DNA from: Auanema rhodensis
Taxonomy: Eukaryota > Animalia > Nematoda
Assembly: GCA_964057225.1 (NCBI GenBank)
Contig: OZ059899.1
Coordinates: 2,852,001 to 2,916,000, forward strand
DNA length: 64,000 nucleotides
Reading direction: 5' to 3'
Of this stretch, positions 1-12,200 are shown in pieces. Below the pieces are notes generated by a model. That model saw only the letters and a program-made list of their open reading frames with translations, searched no databases and was not told where the DNA came from. Position numbers and translations under genes: made by a program. Each line of letters starts with the position of its first letter. Positions within the stretch are counted from its first letter, which is position 1.

Positions 1-72
1 AAAACATCTACTTTTTGCTAAATTATTTTGAAATTTTTCGAAAAAATTTTTGTCAAAATGTTTTTGGAAGCA

Positions 73-100
73 ATGTTGAGTGTACATGGAAACTCAACAT
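73..100. repeat. Intra-monomer inverted repeat 1 (9-bp stem, 10-nt loop); recurs in each monomer
   Basis: ATGTTGAGT (73-81) / ACTCAACAT (92-100), loop GTACATGGAA. One mismatch in monomers with the domain A GTTGTG allele. Confidence 0.9.
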
Positions 101-174
101 ACACTAATGCATCATTTTTCAAACGATCATAACTAATTTTTGTATCAAGCGTTTCTTGATGTAGTATAGTGCAT

Positions 175-241
175 TCGATGCGGATTTTTAAGCTGCGTCG
201 ATCTGTGTTATCAGATTTGCGCTAGCTTAAAAATGCACCGA
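175..241. repeat. Intra-monomer inverted repeat 2 (long imperfect hairpin with 11-bp perfect core); recurs in each monomer
   Basis: ATTTTTAAGCT (184-194) / AGCTTAAAAAT (224-234). Inner GCG/CGC and ATCTG (201-205) / CAGAT (212-216). Outer TCGATGC (175-181) / GCACCGA (235-241) with one mismatch. Confidence 0.9.
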
Positions 242-602
242 GATATCAACTGATATAAGTTCACACCTATATCCTCGATTTTCACCCTGAAGAATTAATT
301 TTTTCGTTGAATAACATTGTCCATCGTCTTTGCTTTAAGAAAAGGAATCTAAAAACATCTACTTTTTGCTAAATTATTTTGAAATTTTTCGAAAAAATTT
401 TTGTCAAAATGTTTTTGGAAGCAATGTTGAGTGTACATGGAAACTCAACATACACTAATGCATCATTTTTCAAACGATCATAACTAATTTGTGTATTAAG
501 CGTTTCTCAATGTAGTATAGTGCATTCGATGCGGATTTTTAAGCGGCGTCGATCTGTGTTATCAGATTTGCGCTAGCTTAACAATGCACCGAGATATCAA
601 CT

Positions 603-624
603 GATATAAGTTCACACTTATATC
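603..624. repeat. Intra-monomer inverted repeat 3 (9-bp stem, 4-nt loop; monomer pos 252-273, shown in monomer 2)
   Basis: GATATAAGT-TCAC-ACTTATATC in the majority allele. It overlaps a second dyad, ATATCA-AC-TGATAT (pos 243-256). Confidence 0.9.
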
Positions 625-3600
625 CTCGATTTTCACCCTGAAGTATTAATTTTTTCGTTGAATAACATTGTCTATCGTCTTTGCCTTGAAAAATGGAATC
701 TAAAAACATCTACTTTTTGCTAAATTATTTTGAAATTTTTCGAAAAAATTTTTGTCAAAATGTTTTTGGAAGCAATGTTGAGTGTACATGGAAACTCAAC
801 ATACACTAATGCATCATTTTTCAAACGATCATAACTAATTTGTGTATTAAGCGTTTCTCAATGTAGTATAGTGCATTCGATGCGGATTTTTAAGCTGCGT
901 CGATCTGTGTTATCAGATTTGCGCTAGCTTAAAAATGCACCGAGATATCAACTGATATAAGTTCACACCTATATCCTCGATTTTCACCCTGAAGAATTAA
1001 TTTTTTCGTTGAATAACATTGTCTATCGTCTTTGCCTTGAAAAATGGAATCTAAAAACATCTACTTTTTGCTAAATTATTTTGAAATTTTTCGAAAAAAT
1101 TTTTGTCAAAATGTTTTTGGAAGCAATGTTGAGTGTACATGGAAACTCAACATACACTAATGCATCATTTTTCAAACGATCATAACTAATTTTTGTATCA
1201 AGCGTTTCTTGATGTAGTATAGTGCATTCGATGCGGATTTTTAAGCTGCGTCGATCTGTGTTATCAGATTTGCGCTAGCTTAAAAATGCACCGAGATATC
1301 AACTGATATAAGTTCACACCTATATCCTCGATTTTCACCCTGAAGAATTAATTTTTTCGTTGAATAACATTGTCCATCGTCTTTGCTTTAAGAAAAGGAA
1401 TCTAAAAACATCTACTTTTTGCTAAATTATTTTGAAATTTTTCGAAAAAATTTTTGTCAAAATGTTTTTGGAAGCAATGTTGAGTGTACATGGAAACTCA
1501 ACATACACTAATGCATCATTTTTCAAACGATCATAACTAATTTGTGTATTAAGCGTTTCTCAATGTAGTATAGTGCATTCGATGCGGATTTTTAAGCGGC
1601 GTCGATCTGTGTTATCAGATTTGCGCTAGCTTAACAATGCACCGAGATATCAACTGATATAAGTTCACACTTATATCCTCGATTTTCACCCTGAAGTATT
1701 AATTTTTTCGTTGAATAACATTGTCTATCGTCTTTGCCTTGAAAAATGGAATCTAAAAACATCTACTTTTTGCTAAATTATTTTGAAATTTTTCGAAAAA
1801 ATTTTTGTCAAAATGTTTTTGGAAGCAATGTTGAGTGTACATGGAAACTCAACATACACTAATGCATCATTTTTCAAACGATCATAACTAATTTGTGTAT
1901 TAAGCGTTTCTCAATGTAGTATAGTGCATTCGATGCGGATTTTTAAGCTGCGTCGATCTGTGTTATCAGATTTGCGCTAGCTTAAAAATGCACCGAGATA
2001 TCAACTGATATAAGTTCACACTTATATCCTCGAGTTTCACCCTGAAGAATTAATTTTTTCGTTGAATAACATTGTCCATCGTCTTTGCCTTAAGAAAAGG
2101 AATCTGAAAACATCTACTTTTTGCTAAATTATTTTGAAATTTTTCGAAAAAATTTTTGTCAAAATGTTTTTGGAAGCAATGTTGTGTGTACATGGAAACT
2201 CAACATACACTAATGCATCATTTTTCAAACGATCATAACTAATTTTTGTATTAAGCGTTTCTCAATGTAGTATAGTGCATTCGATGCGGATTGTTGAGCT
2301 GCGTCGATCTGTGTTATCAGATTTGCGCTAGCTTAAAAATGCACCGAGATATCAACTGATATAAGTTCACACTTATATCCTCGATTTTCACCCTGAAGAA
2401 TTAATTTTTTCGTTGAATAACAGTGTCTATCGTCTTTGCCTTGAAAAATGGAATCTAAAAACATCTACTTTTTGCTAAATTATTTTGAAATTTTTCGAAA
2501 AAATTTTTGTCAAAATGTTTTTGGAAGCAATGTTGAGTGTACATGGAAACTCAACATACACTAATGCATCATTTTTCAAACGATCATAACTAATTTGTGT
2601 ATTAAGCGTTTCTCAATGTAGTATAGTGCATTCGATGCGGATTTTTAAGCTGCGTCGATCTGTGTTATCAGATTTGCGCTAGCTTAAAAATGCACCGAGA
2701 TATCAACTGATATAAGTTCACACTTATATCCTCGAGTTTCACCCTGAAGAATTAATTTTTTCGTTGAATAACATTGTCCATCGTCTTTGCCTTAAGAAAA
2801 GGAATCTGAAAACATCTACTTTTTGCTAAATTATTTTGAAATTTTTCGAAAAAATTTTTGTCAAAATGTTTTTGGAAGCAATGTTGTGTGTACATGGAAA
2901 CTCAACATACACTAATGCATCATTTTTCAAACGATCATAACTAATTTTTGTATCAAGCGTTTCTTGATGTAGTATAGTGCATTCGATGCGGATTTTTAAG
3001 CTGCGTCGATCTGTGTTATCAGATTTGCGCTAGCTTAAAAATGCACCGAGATATCAACTGATATAAGTTCACACTTATATCCTCGATTTTCACCCTGAAG
3101 AATTAATTTTTTCGTTGAATAACATTGTCCATCGTCTTTGCTTTAAGAAAAGGAATCTAAAAACATCTACTTTTTGCTAAATTATTTTGAAATTTTTCGA
3201 AAAAATTTTTGTCAAAATGTTTTTGGAAGCAATGTTGAGTGTACATGGAAACTCAACATACACTAATGCATCATTTTTCAAACGATCATAACTAATTTGT
3301 GTATTAAGCGTTTCTCAATGTAGTATAGTGCATTCGATGCGGATTTTTAAGCTGCGTCGATCTGTGTTATCAGATTTGCGCTAGCTTAAAAATGCACCGA
3401 GATATCAACTGATATAAGTTCACACTTATATCCTCGAGTTTCACCCTGAAGAATTAATTTTTTCGTTGAATAACATTGTCCATCGTCTTTGCCTTAAGAA
3501 AAGGAATCTGAAAACATCTACTTTTTGCTAAATTATTTTGAAATTTTTCGAAAAAATTTTTGTCAAAATGTTTTTGGAAGCAATGTTGTGTGTACATGGA

Positions 3601-4019
3601 AACTCAACATACACTAATGCATCATTTTTCAAACGATCATAACTAATTTTTGTATCAAGCGTTTCTTGATGTAGTATAGTGCATTCGATGCGGATTTTTA
3701 AGCTGCGTCGATCTGTGTTATCAGATTTGCGCTAGCTTAAAAATGCACCGAGATATCAACTGATATAAGTTCACACCTATATCCTCGATTTTCACCCTGA
3801 AGAATTAATTTTTTCGTTGAATAACATTGTCCATCGTCTTTGCTTTAAGAAAAGGAATCTAAAAACATCTACTTTTTGCTAAATTATTTTGAAATTTTTC
3901 GAAAAAATTTTTGTCAAAATGTTTTTGGAAGCAATGTTGAGTGTACATGGAAACTCAACATACACTAATGCATCATTTTTCAAACGATCATAACTAATTT
4001 GTGTATTAAGCGTTTCTCA

Positions 4020-7000
4020 ATGTAGTATAGTGCATTCGATGCGGATTTTTAAGCTGCGTCGATCTGTGTTATCAGATTTGCGCTAGCTTAAAAATGCACC
4101 GAGATATCAACTGATATAAGTTCACACTTATATCCTCGATTTTCACCCTGAAGAATTAATTTTTTCGTTGAATAACATTGTCTATCGTCTTTGCCTTGAA
4201 AAATGGAATCTAAAAACATCTACTTTTTGCTAAATTATTTTGAAATTTTTCGAAAAAATTTTTGTCAAAATGTTTTTGGAAGCAATGTTGAGTGTACATG
4301 GAAACTCAACATACACTAATGCATCATTTTTCAAACGATCATAACTAATTTGTGTATTAAGCGTTTCTCAATGTAGTATAGTGCATTCGATGCGGATTTT
4401 TAAGCTGCGTCGATCTGTGTTATCAGATTTGCGCTAGCTTAAAAATGCACCGAGATATCAACTGATATAAGTTCACACTTATATCCTCGAGTTTCACCCT
4501 GAAGAATTAATTTTTTCGTTGAATAACATTGTCCATCGTCTTTGCCTTAAGAAAAGGAATCTGAAAACATCTACTTTTTGCTAAATTATTTTGAAATTTT
4601 TCGAAAAAATTTTTGTCAAAATGTTTTTGGAAGCAATGTTGTGTGTACATGGAAACTCAACATACACTAATGCATCATTTTTCAAACGATCATAACTAAT
4701 TTTTGTATCAAGCGTTTCTTGATGTAGTATAGTGCATTCGATGCGGATTTTTAAGCTGCGTCGATCTGTGTTATCAGATTTGCGCTAGCTTAAAAATGCA
4801 CCGAGATATCAACTGATATAAGTTCACACTTATATCCTCGAGTTTCACCCTGAAGAATTAATTTTTTCGTTGAATAACATTGTCCATCGTCTTTGCCTTA
4901 AGAAAAGGAATCTGAAAACATCTACTTTTTGCTAAATTATTTTGAAATTTTTCGAAAAAATTTTTGTCAAAATGTTTTTGGAAGCAATGTTGTGTGTACA
5001 TGGAAACTCAACATACACTAATGCATCATTTTTCAAACGATCATAACTAATTTTTGTATCAAGCGTTTCTTGATGTAGTATAGTGCATTCGATGCGGATT
5101 TTTAAGCTGCGTCGATCTGTGTTATCAGATTTGCGCTAGCTTAAAAATGCACCGAGATATCAACTGATATAAGTTCACACCTATATCCTCGATTTTCACC
5201 CTGAAGAATTAATTTTTTCGTTGAATAACATTGTCCATCGTCTTTGCTTTAAGAAAAGGAATCTAAAAACATCTACTTTTTGCTAAATTATTTTGAAATT
5301 TTTCGAAAAAATTTTTGTCAAAATGTTTTTGGAAGCAATGTTGAGTGTACATGGAAACTCAACATACACTAATGCATCATTTTTCAAACGATCATAACTA
5401 ATTTGTGTATTAAGCGTTTCTCAATGTAGTATAGTGCATTCGATGCGGATTTTTAAGCTGCGTCGATCTGTGTTATCAGATTTGCGCTAGCTTAAAAATG
5501 CACCGAGATATCAACTGATATAAGTTCACACTTATATCCTCGATTTTCACCCTGAAGAATTAATTTTTTCGTTGAATAACATTGTCTATCGTCTTTGCCT
5601 TGAAAAATGGAATCTAAAAACATCTACTTTTTGCTAAATTATTTTGAAATTTTTCGAAAAAATTTTTGTCAAAATGTTTTTGGAAGCAATGTTGAGTGTA
5701 CATGGAAACTCAACATACACTAATGCATCATTTTTCAAACGATCATAACTAATTTGTGTATTAAGCGTTTCTAATGTAGTATAGTGCATTCGATGCGGAT
5801 TTTTAAGCTGCGTCGATCTGTGTTATCAGATTTGCGCTAGCTTAAAAATGCACCGAGATATCAACTGATATAAGTTCACACTTATATCCTCGAGTTTCAC
5901 CCTGAAGAATTAATTTTTTCGTTGAATAACATTGTCCATCGTCTTTGCCTTAAGAAAAGGAATCTGAAAACATCTACTTTTTGCTAAATTATTTTGAAAT
6001 TTTTCGAAAAAATTTTTGTCAAAATGTTTTTGGAAGCAATGTTGTGTGTACATGGAAACTCAACATACACTAATGCATCATTTTTCAAACGATCATAACT
6101 AATTTTTGTATCAAGCGTTTCTTGATGTAGTATAGTGCATTCGATGCGGATTTTTAAGCTGCGTCGATCTGTGTTATCAGATTTGCGCTAGCTTAAAAAT
6201 GCACCGAGATATCAACTGATATAAGTTCACACCTATATCCTCGATTTTCACCCTGAAGAATTAATTTTTTCGTTGAATAACATTGTCCATCGTCTTTGCC
6301 TTAAGAAAAGGAATCTAAAAACATCTACTTTTTGCTAAATTATTTTGAAATTTTTCGAAAAAATTTTTGTCAAAATGTTTTTGGAAGCAATGTTGAGTGT
6401 ACATGGAAACTCAACATACACTAATGCATCATTTTTCAAACGATCATAACTAATTTGTGTATTAAGCGTTTCTCAATGTAGTATAGTGCATTCGATGCGG
6501 ATTTTTAAGCTGCGTCGATCTGTGTTATCAGATTTGCGCTAGCTTAAAAATGCACCGAGATATCAACTGATATAAGTTCACACTTATATCCTCGAGTTTC
6601 ACCCTGAAGAATTAATTTTTTCGTTGAATAACATTGTCCATCGTCTTTGCCTTAAGAAAAGGAATCTGAAAACATCTACTTTTTGCTAAATTATTTTGAA
6701 ATTTTTCGAAAAAATTTTTGTCAAAATGTTTTTGGAAGCAATGTTGTGTGTACATGGAAACTCAACATACACTAATGCATCATTTTTCAAACGATCATAA
6801 CTAATTTTTGTATCAAGCGTTTCTTGATGTAGTATAGTGCATTCGATGCGGATTTTTAAGCTGCGTCGATCTGTGTTATCAGATTTGCGCTAGCTTAAAA
6901 ATGCACCGAGATATCAACTGATATAAGTTCACACCTATATCCTCGATTTTCACCCTGAAGAATTAATTTTTTCGTTGAATAACATTGTCCATCGTCTTTG

Positions 7001-7907
7001 CCTTAAGAAAAGGAATCTAAAAACATCTACTTTTTGCTAAATTATTTTGAAATTTTTCGAAAAAATTTTTGTCAAAATGTTTTTGGAAGCAATGTTGAGT
7101 GTACATGGAAACTCAACATACACTAATGCATCATTTTTCAAACGATCATAACTAATTTGTGTATTAAGCGTTTCTCAATGTAGTATAGTGCATTCGATGC
7201 GGATTTTTAAGCTGCGTCGATCTGTGTTATCAGATTTGCGCTAGCTTAAAAATGCACCGAGATATCAACTGATATAAGTTCACACTTATATCCTCGATTT
7301 TCACCCTGAAGAATTAATTTTTTCGTTGAATAACATTGTCTATCGTCTTTGCCTTGAAAAATGGAATCTAAAAACATCTACTTTTTGCTAAATTATTTTG
7401 AAATTTTTCGAAAAAATTTTTGTCAAAATGTTTTTGGAAGCAATGTTGAGTGTACATGGAAACTCAACATACACTAATGCATCATTTTTCAAACGATCAT
7501 AACTAATTTGTGTATTAAGCGTTTCTCAATGTAGTATAGTGCATTCGATGCGGATTTTTAAGCTGCGTCGATCTGTGTTATCAGATTTGCGCTAGCTTAA
7601 AAATGCACCGAGATATCAACTGATATAAGTTCACACTTATATCCTCGAGTTTCACCCTGAAGAATTAATTTTTTCGTTGAATAACATTGTCCATCGTCTT
7701 TGCCTTAAGAAAAGGAATCTGAAAACATCTACTTTTTGCTAAATTATTTTGAAATTTTTCGAAAAAATTTTTGTCAAAATGTTTTTGGAAGCAATGTTGT
7801 GTGTACATGGAAACTCAACATACACTAATGCATCATTTTTCAAACGATCATAACTAATTTTTGTATCAAGCGTTTCTTGATGTAGTATAGTGCATTCGAT
7901 GCGGATT
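4020..7907. repeat. ~11-monomer block, copy 1 (duplicated at 9284-13171)
   Basis: Same order of monomer haplotypes at offset 5264 bp (15x351-1), including the private 1-bp deletion TTTCT-AATG at ~5772 and ~11036. Confidence 0.85.
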
Positions 7908-9283
7908 TTTAAGCTGCGTCGATCTGTGTTATCAGATTTGCGCTAGCTTAAAAATGCACCGAGATATCAACTGATATAAGTTCACACCTATATCCTCGAT
8001 TTTCACCCTGAAGAATTAATTTTTTCGTTGAATAACATTGTCCATCGTCTTTGCCTTAAGAAAAGGAATCTAAAAACATCTACTTTTTGCTAAATTATTT
8101 TGAAATTTTTCGAAAAAATTTTTGTCAAAATGTTTTTGGAAGCAATGTTGAGTGTACATGGAAACTCAACATACACTAATGCATCATTTTTCAAACGATC
8201 ATAACTAATTTGTGTATTAAGCGTTTCTCAATGTAGTATAGTGCATTCGATGCGGATTTTTAAGCTGCGTCGATCTGTGTTATCAGATTTGCGCTAGCTT
8301 AAAAATGCACCGAGATATCAACTGATATAAGTTCACACCTATATCCTCGATTTTCACCCTGAAGAATTAATTTTTTCGTTGAATAACATTGTCCATCGTC
8401 TTTGCCTTAAGAAAAGGAATCTAAAAACATCTACTTTTTGCTAAATTATTTTGAAATTTTTCGAAAAAAATTTTGTCAAAATGTTTTTGGAAGCAATGTT
8501 GTGTGTACATGGAAACTCAACATACACTAATGCATCATTTTTCAAACGATCATAACTAATTTTTGTATCAAGCGTTTCTTGATGTAGTATAGTGCATTCG
8601 ATGCGGATTTTTAAGCTGCGTCGATCTGTGTTATCAGATTTGCGCTAGCTTAAAAATGCACTGAGATATCAACTGATATAAGTTCACACCTATATCCTCG
8701 ATTTTCACCCTGAAGAATTAATTTTTTCGTTGAATAACATTGTCCATCGTCTTTGCCTTAAGAAAAGGAATCTAGAAACATCTACTTTTTGCTAAATTAT
8801 TTTGAAATTTTTCGAAAAAATTTTTGTCAAAATGTTTTTGGAAGCAATGTTGTGTGTACATGGAAACTCAACATACACTAATGCATCATTTTTCAAACGA
8901 TCATAACTAATTTTTGTATCAAGCGTTTCTTGATGTAGTATAGTGCATTCGATGCGGATTTTTAAGCTGCGTCGATCTGTGTTATCAGATTTGCGCTAGC
9001 TTGAAAATGCACCGAGATATCAACTGATATAAGTTCACACTTATATCCTCGAGTTTCACCCTGAAGAATTAATTTTTTCGTTGAATAACATTGTCCATCG
9101 TCTTTGCCTTGAAAAAAGGAATTTAAAAACATCTACTTTTTGCTAAATTATTTTGAAATTTTTCGAAAAAATTTTTGTCAAAATGTTTTTGGAAGCAATG
9201 TTGTGTGTACATGGAAACTCAACATACACTAATGCATCATTTTTCAAACGATCATAACTAATTTTTGTATCAAGCGTTTCTTG

Positions 9284-12200
9284 ATGTAGTATAGTGCATT
9301 CGATGCGGATTTTTAAGCTGCGTCGATCTGTGTTATCAGATTTGCGCTAGCTTAAAAATGCACCGAGATATCAACTGATATAAGTTCACACTTATATCCT
9401 CGATTTTCACCCTGAAGAATTAATTTTTTCGTTGAATAACATTGTCTATCGTCTTTGCCTTGAAAAATGGAATCTAAAAACATCTACTTTTTGCTAAATT
9501 ATTTTGAAATTTTTCGAAAAAATTTTTGTCAAAATGTTTTTGGAAGCAATGTTGAGTGTACATGGAAACTCAACATACACTAATGCATCATTTTTCAAAC
9601 GATCATAACTAATTTGTGTATTAAGCGTTTCTCAATGTAGTATAGTGCATTCGATGCGGATTTTTAAGCTGCGTCGATCTGTGTTATCAGATTTGCGCTA
9701 GCTTAAAAATGCACCGAGATATCAACTGATATAAGTTCACACTTATATCCTCGAGTTTCACCCTGAAGAATTAATTTTTTCGTTGAATAACATTGTCCAT
9801 CGTCTTTGCCTTAAGAAAAGGAATCTGAAAACATCTACTTTTTGCTAAATTATTTTGAAATTTTTCGAAAAAATTTTTGTCAAAATGTTTTTGGAAGCAA
9901 TGTTGTGTGTACATGGAAACTCAACATACACTAATGCATCATTTTTCAAACGATCATAACTAATTTTTGTATCAAGCGTTTCTTGATGTAGTATAGTGCA
10001 TTCGATGCGGATTTTTAAGCTGCGTCGATCTGTGTTATCAGATTTGCGCTAGCTTAAAAATGCACCGAGATATCAACTGATATAAGTTCACACTTATATC
10101 CTCGAGTTTCACCCTGAAGAATTAATTTTTTCGTTGAATAACATTGTCCATCGTCTTTGCCTTAAGAAAAGGAATCTGAAAACATCTACTTTTTGCTAAA
10201 TTATTTTGAAATTTTTCGAAAAAATTTTTGTCAAAATGTTTTTGGAAGCAATGTTGTGTGTACATGGAAACTCAACATACACTAATGCATCATTTTTCAA
10301 ACGATCATAACTAATTTTTGTATCAAGCGTTTCTTGATGTAGTATAGTGCATTCGATGCGGATTTTTAAGCTGCGTCGATCTGTGTTATCAGATTTGCGC
10401 TAGCTTAAAAATGCACCGAGATATCAACTGATATAAGTTCACACCTATATCCTCGATTTTCACCCTGAAGAATTAATTTTTTCGTTGAATAACATTGTCC
10501 ATCGTCTTTGCTTTAAGAAAAGGAATCTAAAAACATCTACTTTTTGCTAAATTATTTTGAAATTTTTCGAAAAAATTTTTGTCAAAATGTTTTTGGAAGC
10601 AATGTTGAGTGTACATGGAAACTCAACATACACTAATGCATCATTTTTCAAACGATCATAACTAATTTGTGTATTAAGCGTTTCTCAATGTAGTATAGTG
10701 CATTCGATGCGGATTTTTAAGCTGCGTCGATCTGTGTTATCAGATTTGCGCTAGCTTAAAAATGCACCGAGATATCAACTGATATAAGTTCACACTTATA
10801 TCCTCGATTTTCACCCTGAAGAATTAATTTTTTCGTTGAATAACATTGTCTATCGTCTTTGCCTTGAAAAATGGAATCTAAAAACATCTACTTTTTGCTA
10901 AATTATTTTGAAATTTTTCGAAAAAATTTTTGTCAAAATGTTTTTGGAAGCAATGTTGAGTGTACATGGAAACTCAACATACACTAATGCATCATTTTTC
11001 AAACGATCATAACTAATTTGTGTATTAAGCGTTTCTAATGTAGTATAGTGCATTCGATGCGGATTTTTAAGCTGCGTCGATCTGTGTTATCAGATTTGCG
11101 CTAGCTTAAAAATGCACCGAGATATCAACTGATATAAGTTCACACTTATATCCTCGAGTTTCACCCTGAAGAATTAATTTTTTCGTTGAATAACATTGTC
11201 CATCGTCTTTGCCTTAAGAAAAGGAATCTGAAAACATCTACTTTTTGCTAAATTATTTTGAAATTTTTCGAAAAAATTTTTGTCAAAATGTTTTTGGAAG
11301 CAATGTTGTGTGTACATGGAAACTCAACATACACTAATGCATCATTTTTCAAACGATCATAACTAATTTTTGTATCAAGCGTTTCTTGATGTAGTATAGT
11401 GCATTCGATGCGGATTTTTAAGCTGCGTCGATCTGTGTTATCAGATTTGCGCTAGCTTAAAAATGCACCGAGATATCAACTGATATAAGTTCACACCTAT
11501 ATCCTCGATTTTCACCCTGAAGAATTAATTTTTTCGTTGAATAACATTGTCCATCGTCTTTGCCTTAAGAAAAGGAATCTAAAAACATCTACTTTTTGCT
11601 AAATTATTTTGAAATTTTTCGAAAAAATTTTTGTCAAAATGTTTTTGGAAGCAATGTTGAGTGTACATGGAAACTCAACATACACTAATGCATCATTTTT
11701 CAAACGATCATAACTAATTTGTGTATTAAGCGTTTCTCAATGTAGTATAGTGCATTCGATGCGGATTTTTAAGCTGCGTCGATCTGTGTTATCAGATTTG
11801 CGCTAGCTTAAAAATGCACCGAGATATCAACTGATATAAGTTCACACTTATATCCTCGAGTTTCACCCTGAAGAATTAATTTTTTCGTTGAATAACATTG
11901 TCCATCGTCTTTGCCTTAAGAAAAGGAATCTGAAAACATCTACTTTTTGCTAAATTATTTTGAAATTTTTCGAAAAAATTTTTGTCAAAATGTTTTTGGA
12001 AGCAATGTTGTGTGTACATGGAAACTCAACATACACTAATGCATCATTTTTCAAACGATCATAACTAATTTTTGTATCAAGCGTTTCTTGATGTAGTATA
12101 GTGCATTCGATGCGGATTTTTAAGCTGCGTCGATCTGTGTTATCAGATTTGCGCTAGCTTAAAAATGCACCGAGATATCAACTGATATAAGTTCACACCT

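Noticed and set aside
73-100. CRISPR-like palindromic direct repeat (28 bp with GAAAC-like motif)
   Set aside because: The intervening 323 bp is as conserved as the putative repeat. There are no unique spacers and no cas genes.
184-234. Compensatory covariation proving a selected RNA structure
   Set aside because: Potentially complementary changes (T189C/A229G, C193T/G225A) exist but were seen in different monomers, not together.
175-273. Rho-independent terminators or integron attC sites
   Set aside because: No GC-rich stem followed by a U-tract, no upstream genes or cassettes, and the context is a homogeneous satellite.
1-351. Monomer as a diverged dimer of ~175-bp subunits
   Set aside because: No recognisable similarity between the two halves by eye. 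A dot plot could still reveal very weak homology.
1-351. Tandem RNA gene cluster (5S rRNA, tRNA, snRNA, spliced leader)
   Set aside because: No recognisable 5S or tRNA sequence, cloverleaf or Pol III A/B boxes. An Rfam/Infernal search was not run and would be decisive.
1-351. Assignment to a named satellite family or species (~350-bp satellites are known in beetles and some plants)
   Set aside because: Unit length and AT content alone are not diagnostic, and I do not recognise the sequence. It needs a BLAST search.
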